36,814 nucleotides of DNA, from IMG/VR virus record IMGVR_UViG_3300045988_041561, positions 1 to 36,814 of that record. One strand, written 5' to 3'. Made by a program: the position numbers and the translations under genes. How positions within the stretch are numbered: position 1 is the stretch's first letter; every line of letters begins with the position of its first letter. Of the stretch, positions 31,927 through 36,814 are shown piece by piece. Below the pieces are notes generated by a model that was not told the origin of the DNA, did not search any database, and saw only the letters and a program-made list of their open reading frames with translations. This DNA comes from a virus.

Positions 31927-31958
31927 CAAAGATAGGGCAAAGGTTTGATATAAACAAA
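31927..31958 (-). promoter_or_regulatory. Early/middle promoter with canonical -33/-7 spacing
   Basis: The minus strand reads TTTG (31958..31955), a 20-nt spacer, then TATCTTTG (31934..31927). Confidence 0.6.
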
Positions 31959-31961
31959 GAA

Positions 31962-32000
31962 AATCCCTCTATTTGTATTTTATTAACAAATAGAGGGATT
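31962..32000 (-). terminator. Intrinsic terminator after the phosphoesterase gene
   Basis: The perfect 15-bp stem aatccctctatttgt / acaaatagagggatt has a 9-nt loop. On the minus-strand RNA it is followed by UUUCUUUG. Confidence 0.8.
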
Positions 32001-32004
32001 AAAA

Positions 32005-33096
32005 TTAATCTGCAAAAATGGGTGAATAAAAAATAAAACCGCGTTTCTCGTTGAGGATTACATACGTTTGTTGTGGTACTTCGTACGCCAACCCGTGACC
32101 CATTGCAAAGGCGTCATAGCCTTTTAAAGACCCGTTTACGCAAACCTCTTTAGTGTAAATCATTTGGTGATAGTGACCTATGAACGCCTTATCTATTTGG
32201 ATAGTTTGGTTCATTTTGGAATACCAACGGAACATTGCCGGGTAAATACCCCCGATACCGCCAGCGCTTCTAAATTGGTGTCCGTGACACATAAGAACTT
32301 TTTTGTCGTAGACGCTTAGATATGCAAATTCACTTTCCGGAATAATGAATTTAAACTTTGATAGCCCCATAAGAGTGAGCGTTTGTTCAATATCCTTGTA
32401 CATGAAAAATTCGTGGTTCATAGCGAAGCCGTTCGAGAACTGCATTTTGCGGGTTGTTCGGGTGTGGTTACCACAGATGCCTACTACCGTGATTTGCTGC
32501 AAGTCGGGCAACTCGTCATGTATCTTTTTCAACCCCGAAATAACAAGCGATTTAACGAAGCTAATGCCCTGCATAGGTGACATGCTGTTTGTTTGCGCTA
32601 ACTCATCATGAATATACCCGCCTATCATATCGCCGATAAGACCTACTACCAGGTTATCTACGGGCTTCTTCTTAATCATGTAGATGGCGTTTGCAAAGAA
32701 ATTCTTGATACGTTGTTCGGCAATATCCTTGTTGTATTCGTTTTTGCCTAATACGGTGGACGGTTTCACAACTTCGTCCGCATGCCAATCGGAGGCAATC
32801 AAAAACCCGGTGTTTCCCTCGTCAAGTTCGCATTTTTTCTTATTAGGTATTTCTACCAACTCGACGGGTGCACTATCCTTTTTAAGCCCGATAATACCCT
32901 GTATTTCTTCTTCGCTGTACAGACTTTGGAGTTCCGCTATTAACGGGTCTACTACTATCTCAACGGTTTGCGCGGCTTCTGCCATACGTTTCGCCCAATA
33001 TTGTTTATTGCGCTTTGTGTACTTTGCTACGGGTTTGCCCGTCGCCTTTGAAATTCTAATACCTTGTTCGTTTATGTAGCTATCGGATTTTCCCAT
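32005..33096 (-). CDS. Calcineurin-like metallophosphoesterase (SbcD/Mre11-like nuclease candidate)
   Basis: The motifs occur in the order DWH, GDMIGGYIHDE, GNHTR, CHGHQF, GHYH, which is the metallophosphoesterase signature order. Confidence 0.75.
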   Translation of the reverse strand: MGKSDSYINEQGIRISKATGKPVAKYTKRNKQYWAKRMAEAAQTVEIVVDPLIAELQSLYSEEEIQGIIGLKKDSAPVELVEIPNKKKCELDEGNTGFLIASDWHADEVVKPSTVLGKNEYNKDIAEQRIKNFFANAIYMIKKKPVDNLVVGLIGDMIGGYIHDELAQTNSMSPMQGISFVKSLVISGLKKIHDELPDLQQITVVGICGNHTRTTRKMQFSNGFAMNHEFFMYKDIEQTLTLMGLSKFKFIIPESEFAYLSVYDKKVLMCHGHQFRSAGGIGGIYPAMFRWYSKMNQTIQIDKAFIGHYHQMIYTKEVCVNGSLKGYDAFAMGHGLAYEVPQQTYVILNEKRGFIFYSPIFAD

Positions 33097-33163
33097 TTTT
33101 TTTACTTTGTTGGGGGGTTCTTATACCCCCCGGTTATTACTTGCTTTCTTTATTTCTTGATAG

Positions 33164-33706
33164 TTATCCAAAGATACTTAAATCCTCACCCTCTTCAAAA
33201 TCGAAATCGTCGATTGATGCGCCACCGTCCAAACGTTCACCGTCTCTTGTCTTTTGGATTGCGTTAAGCCCTACGCCTACGCCGTACTTCCCGGTAAACT
33301 CATAAGTATAAAGTGATACAGATACGTTGCCATAACAGCCGCTGTACATTTCTTCTTTGTCGGTGATGTACTGTTTTGCTCCGTTGATGAGGAGCGGCGC
33401 GCCTTGCTTCTCTTTACGCTTCGCATTAATAAAGTACATACCTTGGTATTCTGCCCCGTCTTTTTCGGCGTCTCCATCTCTCAACGGGTTAGACCACATT
33501 TTCGGGAGCTGTCCTTTTAGTTTCGGGTACTTTGATTTCATTTCCTGTGCTACCGCGTCAATTTCTTGCATTAACTTCAACGCTTCCGGGCTATCCTTTG
33601 GGATAAGTAGACAAACACTATAGTTTGCATCTCCAGTTCCGTTTACTTGTGCAGCTTCAAACACTCTAACATAACTCAATCTCACGTTTTTAATCATTGC
33701 TTTCAT
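33164..33706 (-). CDS. DUF2815-type phage ssDNA-binding protein
   Basis: The N-terminus VRLSYVRVFEAAQVNGTGDANYSVCLLIPK and the acidic tail DDFDFEEGEDLSIFG are typical of DUF2815 SSBs that pair with DUF2800 nucleases. Confidence 0.7.
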   Translation of the reverse strand: MKAMIKNVRLSYVRVFEAAQVNGTGDANYSVCLLIPKDSPEALKLMQEIDAVAQEMKSKYPKLKGQLPKMWSNPLRDGDAEKDGAEYQGMYFINAKRKEKQGAPLLINGAKQYITDKEEMYSGCYGNVSVSLYTYEFTGKYGVGVGLNAIQKTRDGERLDGGASIDDFDFEEGEDLSIFG

Positions 33707-33815
33707 AATAACTTTTTTTCTTTTTGTCCTCTAAACGGTTCGGACTTTCCGTTTTTAATTTGATGTTGCAAAGATAACAAATAAATCAATATGTTGTTTA
33801 TTCTGTTAACTTCTT
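33707..33815 (-). promoter_or_regulatory. Gene-boundary promoter cassette plus a leader hairpin ahead of the SSB gene
   Basis: The minus strand reads AAGAAGTTAACAGAATAAACAACATA...TTATCTTTGCAACATCAAATTAAAAACGG (TATCTTTG = 33776..33769). The leader hairpin is aaacgg/ccgttt (33733-33754). Confidence 0.55.
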
Positions 33816-34037
33816 TTAATAATTCTCGATGATTATATCTTTTGCCTCATCTTCCATTATCGTAACGTACTTATTCGTATCATAGTTCAGAAGCAAATAA
33901 ATAACATCGTTGAGGAACTCCGATACGGAGATAAAGCGCATTTCGATTTCTTCTAATCCGATTTGCAGTGTGAAATCGAATTGTTCACCGTCTTTAAAGT
34001 CTACCAACTCGGCTATACTAAATCTTTCTTGCCTCAT
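33816..34037 (-). CDS. Small acidic hypothetical protein (73 aa)
   Basis: By my count there are about 17 Asp/Glu against about 6 Lys/Arg. It has promoter cassettes on both sides. Confidence 0.65.
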   Translation of the reverse strand: MRQERFSIAELVDFKDGEQFDFTLQIGLEEIEMRFISVSEFLNDVIYLLLNYDTNKYVTIMEDEAKDIIIENY

Positions 34038-34110
34038 AATTCTTTGTTTTTAATTCGTTGATGCAAATATAACGCTTTATCTAATACGTTGGTTCATTCG
34101 TTAACATTCT
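34038..34110 (-). promoter_or_regulatory. Gene-boundary promoter cassette with an intact -7 box
   Basis: The minus strand reads AAGAATGTTAACGAATGAACCAACGTATTAGATAAAGCGTTATATTTGCATCAACGAATTAAAAACAAAGAATT-ATG (TATATTTG = 34071..34064). Confidence 0.6.
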
Positions 34111-35298
34111 TTAGGATAAATCCTCGAAATCGTCAAGGGCTGGACTGATTGCAGCCCGTTTATCGCTTTCTTTGGCAAGTGTGGGCGCTCCTGCGGGCTT
34201 CACTATATTACCGTCAAGCAATAAAGCCAACCGCTGTTTACCTACAAGCTTTTCCAGGTCTCCAATGCCTTTTAGTTTCTTGTTGTAGAACGTATCGGGG
34301 TCAACGCTTAACGCGCTGGATAACGTATCTACTGCCTTTTCCGGGTCGGATATTACGCGAATACTTCTACCCTCTACAAGTTTCCACCCTTTCACGGTTT
34401 CACCTCGATTAAGGGCACTTAATGCGTGTGCCTTGACAGCGGCTAACCAATCGGTAAACATATCCGCCTTGTTCAATATATCGCCTATCTCGTCATTAGT
34501 TAGTTTATTCGCGTCTTCGTGGGTGTCGAACTCGGCTAACAGGGCTTCTTTCTGCGCCCGGCATTGTGCTTTGAACTTGCAGAACTTACAGTGTTCCCCT
34601 GTGACCGTCTTTCCCTCGCCTGCGAAAGCTAAAGTAGCTTTAGGGCGTAGCTCGTGTATAGCCCAATGGGTTAAGTCCGCATGGGTCATTGTAAATGTAG
34701 GCATGTGCCCTAATCGTACCTGGCCGATAGTCATGTGTACCGTTTTAATTTTGGACTGTGTAGCGGGCGGCAAAGAGCGTATAACGCCTAACGCGTACAT
34801 TTTTAACTGTGGGTTGTCCTCGGCTTCAACCTGTACGCCCTTTCCGTATTTAAGGTCTAATATGTGAACCTCATCCCCTGCTATCACGGCGCAATCACAA
34901 CTACCGAAACACTCCTTAACGTACATTGTTAGGTCGAATTTACCCTCGATAATCATTTCTGCGTCTCCGTAGGCCTCGTAAACGTCTACGCACTTGATAA
35001 CGTATTCCATTACGTAGTTAAGCATTTCCGTGCTGTAATACTTGCTTTCTGCAATCTCTTTAGGTATCTTCGGTTCGTCAATCAAAAGAAATATTTCCTT
35101 TTTTAGATATTGCTGGAGTATGGCTTCTGCTAACTCGTGGGCTACTGTGCCCTCTTCCGATGCGGCACTACCCCCGCTATCCTCTCCGTACTTATCTTCC
35201 AGGCGTGCGCTTGGTGTACAGTTTAACCAACGATGTGAACTACTCGGTGAAAGTAGGGCGTGTTCCCTACTTGTGTGGTCTATTACTTGTTCTTTCAT
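34111..35298 (-). CDS. DUF2800-type PD-(D/E)XK (Cas4/RecB-like) nuclease with a C-terminal Cys cluster
   Basis: The N-terminus HALLSPSSSHRWLNCTPS is the DUF2800 hallmark. DLKYGKG is the D..K core. CKFCKFKAQC is the Cys cluster. Confidence 0.8.
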   Translation of the reverse strand: MKEQVIDHTSREHALLSPSSSHRWLNCTPSARLEDKYGEDSGGSAASEEGTVAHELAEAILQQYLKKEIFLLIDEPKIPKEIAESKYYSTEMLNYVMEYVIKCVDVYEAYGDAEMIIEGKFDLTMYVKECFGSCDCAVIAGDEVHILDLKYGKGVQVEAEDNPQLKMYALGVIRSLPPATQSKIKTVHMTIGQVRLGHMPTFTMTHADLTHWAIHELRPKATLAFAGEGKTVTGEHCKFCKFKAQCRAQKEALLAEFDTHEDANKLTNDEIGDILNKADMFTDWLAAVKAHALSALNRGETVKGWKLVEGRSIRVISDPEKAVDTLSSALSVDPDTFYNKKLKGIGDLEKLVGKQRLALLLDGNIVKPAGAPTLAKESDKRAAISPALDDFEDLS

Positions 35299-36452
35299 TA
35301 TTCTTTTTCTTTAAATACGTTATAAGTACATTGTTCAAACATATATTCGTAGAACTTCGCTACATTGTCACCTGTCAACTGTGCCATTGAGGTTAGACCG
35401 AACTCGGCTAAAAACTCCTTGAAACGCGGTGTACTGAAAAGGTTCTCAACGTTACAGATGCGTGCAGCGTCTGCGAGTACACCCATTTGGTTTGCTTCGG
35501 GTATGTCGGTGATAGTCATAGGGCACAGTTCAAATACCCTTGCTTGCTTTGCGAAGCTTTTAGCGGAAGCCTGTGCACGTGCCAGCACGCCGACCTCTTT
35601 TTGATGTTCCATGAAAGACGAGCCGTCTGCAAACAGTGCCTTTCGTTGTTCTTCGGCAATTTTATCCACGGCGTCTACAATCATATCATTTGCCTTTTTC
35701 GTTCGGCAGAACCAACCGTTATCATTTACACGGGGCTTTAGTGTTTCCTCGTGCCCGGCGTCTTTCAGTTCCTGGATAGCACGTTTGGCGATTGGTGACT
35801 GATACTTATCCAACAGGATTTCCAGTCGGTTGTATTCTTCTTCGCTCATACTTCCGTCGCCCTCGTCTTCTTCCTCGCCTACTTGTGTGGTGGCTTCTTC
35901 GGCTGCTTTGGCGGCTTCGGCTTTCGCCTTTGCTGCATCTTCGGCTGCTTTGGCGGCCTCGGCTTTCGCCTTTGCTGCATCTTCGGCGGCTTTACGGTCT
36001 TTCGCTGCCTGTATGGCGGCTTCTGCTACGGCTGCGCGTTGCTTCCGTTCGTTTTCCTCTTTCTCGGCGAGTGCTTTTGCGGCGAGTGCCTTTGCTTCCT
36101 TTACGTCCGCTTTACGTTTCTTCTCGGCGGCTTCTTTCTCGGCACGTTCCTTTGCCTGCTTTAGTGCGGCGGCGGCTTCCTCTCCCAGGGGTTTGGCTTC
36201 CTCTCCGGGGCGTGCGGCTTCCGCTGATGCCTTTTCCTTGTCCTCTACGGGACTTTCTACGGGTTCGGGTGCGGTTACTTCGTCCTCATCCATAAACGCC
36301 GCAAAAGCGCTTAAAATAGATTGCTTTAAAGTCTCTGCCCTTTCTTTTTGTTTGGCTTTATACACTTCGAGTTCTGATACTTCGTTTGCTTGTTGCTCCA
36401 TAAGGGCGGTTAAGTTCTTTTGCATTGCTGCGATAATCTCAATAGTTTTCAT
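35298..36452 (-). CDS. Hypothetical protein with an Ala/Glu/Lys-rich repeat region and a globular C-terminal domain (384 aa)
   Basis: N-terminal coiled coil, a central low-complexity AAEDAAKAKAEAAK x2 repeat, and a C-terminal region of about 190 aa with no motif I recognise. Confidence 0.7.
   Translation of the reverse strand: MKTIEIIAAMQKNLTALMEQQANEVSELEVYKAKQKERAETLKQSILSAFAAFMDEDEVTAPEPVESPVEDKEKASAEAARPGEEAKPLGEEAAAALKQAKERAEKEAAEKKRKADVKEAKALAAKALAEKEENERKQRAAVAEAAIQAAKDRKAAEDAAKAKAEAAKAAEDAAKAKAEAAKAAEEATTQVGEEEDEGDGSMSEEEYNRLEILLDKYQSPIAKRAIQELKDAGHEETLKPRVNDNGWFCRTKKANDMIVDAVDKIAEEQRKALFADGSSFMEHQKEVGVLARAQASAKSFAKQARVFELCPMTITDIPEANQMGVLADAARICNVENLFSTPRFKEFLAEFGLTSMAQLTGDNVAKFYEYMFEQCTYNVFKEKE
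35897..35993. repeat. 42-bp tandem repeat (2 full copies plus a partial third) inside the 384-aa gene
   Basis: cttcggctgctttggcggcttcggctttcgcctttgctgcat at 35897-35938 repeats at 35939-35980 with one t/c difference. A degenerate partial third copy follows. Confidence 0.9.
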
Positions 36453-36467
36453 ATCTTCAAATGTTTT

Positions 36468-36746
36468 TTAGTTTAATTCCTGGTTACTTCCAAAACGCAT
36501 AAGTCTATACGCCAACAGCGTTACAATCTCGCTGTATTGTTCTTCGTAGTCCTCCGAATTGATGTACAGTTCTTCGATGTCCACCGGGAACGGCACACCC
36601 TCAATCATTTGGGAGTAGTAGGGGATAATAAAGCCCTCAAAGGTCGGCATGTCCTCGACAATAGCCACTACGGAGAAACGGTTTGCACTCATGTTACTTT
36701 TCAAATAGTTTTCAACTTCTTTGTAGATAAATTCTTTCGTTTCCAT
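36468..36746 (-). CDS. First early gene: small acidic hypothetical protein (92 aa)
   Basis: METKEFIYKEVENYLKS...EELYINSEDYEEQYSEIV. Acidic composition. ATG at 36746 preferred over the TTG at 36752. It lies downstream of the promoter at 85-121 across the circular junction. Confidence 0.65.
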   Translation of the reverse strand: METKEFIYKEVENYLKSNMSANRFSVVAIVEDMPTFEGFIIPYYSQMIEGVPFPVDIEELYINSEDYEEQYSEIVTLLAYRLMRFGSNQELN

Positions 36747-36760
36747 AATCAAATCTTCTT

Positions 36761-36814
36761 TTCATTTCTTCCACTTTGGTACGGTGCGATGTGGATACTG
36801 CCCGTTTCATTTCT
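36761..36814. repeat. Terminal direct repeat, copy 2 (identical to 1..54)
   Basis: Exact 54/54 match to the window start. Confidence 0.95.

Noticed and set aside
35897-35993. Whether the 42-bp tandem repeat is a CRISPR-like array.
   Set aside because: The repeats are contiguous with no spacers and lie in frame inside a coding region. There are no cas genes. It is a coding tandem duplication.
1-36814. tRNA, tmRNA or rRNA genes.
   Set aside because: I scanned the ORF-free regions for T-loop-like GGTTCGAA/GTTCAAATC cores and cloverleaf-compatible stems and found none. The few ggttcg/tcgaacc strings lie inside coding sequence without acceptor-stem pairing. A tRNAscan run would be the proper check.

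Overview
The window is one complete tailed dsDNA phage genome. Its first 54 bases are repeated exactly as its last 54, so the unit is 36,760 bp and closes into a circle. Every credible gene, about 55 in all, lies on the minus strand, in two co-directional blocks. (1) The early/replication block runs from 36746 down to 19614. It encodes a Cas4-like PD-(D/E)XK nuclease (DUF2800 type), a DUF2815-type SSB, a metallophosphoesterase, a family-A DNA polymerase, an AEP primase fused to a VirE/D5-type helicase, an HNH-AP2 homing endonuclease, a DUF3310 protein, a VRR-NUC nuclease, an SNF2 helicase and a C5-cytosine methyltransferase. It ends in an accessory array of small paralogous genes and a strong intrinsic terminator at 19472-19511. 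(2) The late block runs from 18817 down to 531. It encodes terS, a two-gene insertion, terL, tail/baseplate-size proteins, a tape-measure-like protein, a prohead protease-scaffold fusion, the major capsid protein, three tandem paralogous structural genes, the portal, and a holin/GH108 endolysin/membrane-protein lysis cassette. It ends at a terminator at 455-507. Each block follows an ORF-free, AT-rich control region. Many intergenic sites carry the Bacteroides-type -7 box TAnnTTTG on the coding strand, and Shine-Dalgarno sequences are absent, so a Bacteroidota host is likely. I saw no integrase, repressor, tRNA, rRNA, CRISPR array or reverse transcriptase, which suggests a virulent lifestyle. 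The most interesting points: a partly decayed tandem array of an unrecognised small-protein family (20254-22075); a repeated gene-boundary cassette family in the early region; three tandem paralogues after the capsid gene; a scrambled morphogenesis gene order with terS and terL split by an insertion; a miniature HExxH protein in the virion module; and three frame disruptions that all sit on homopolymer runs. All functional calls rest on motifs read by eye. No database search, HMM or folding program was run.
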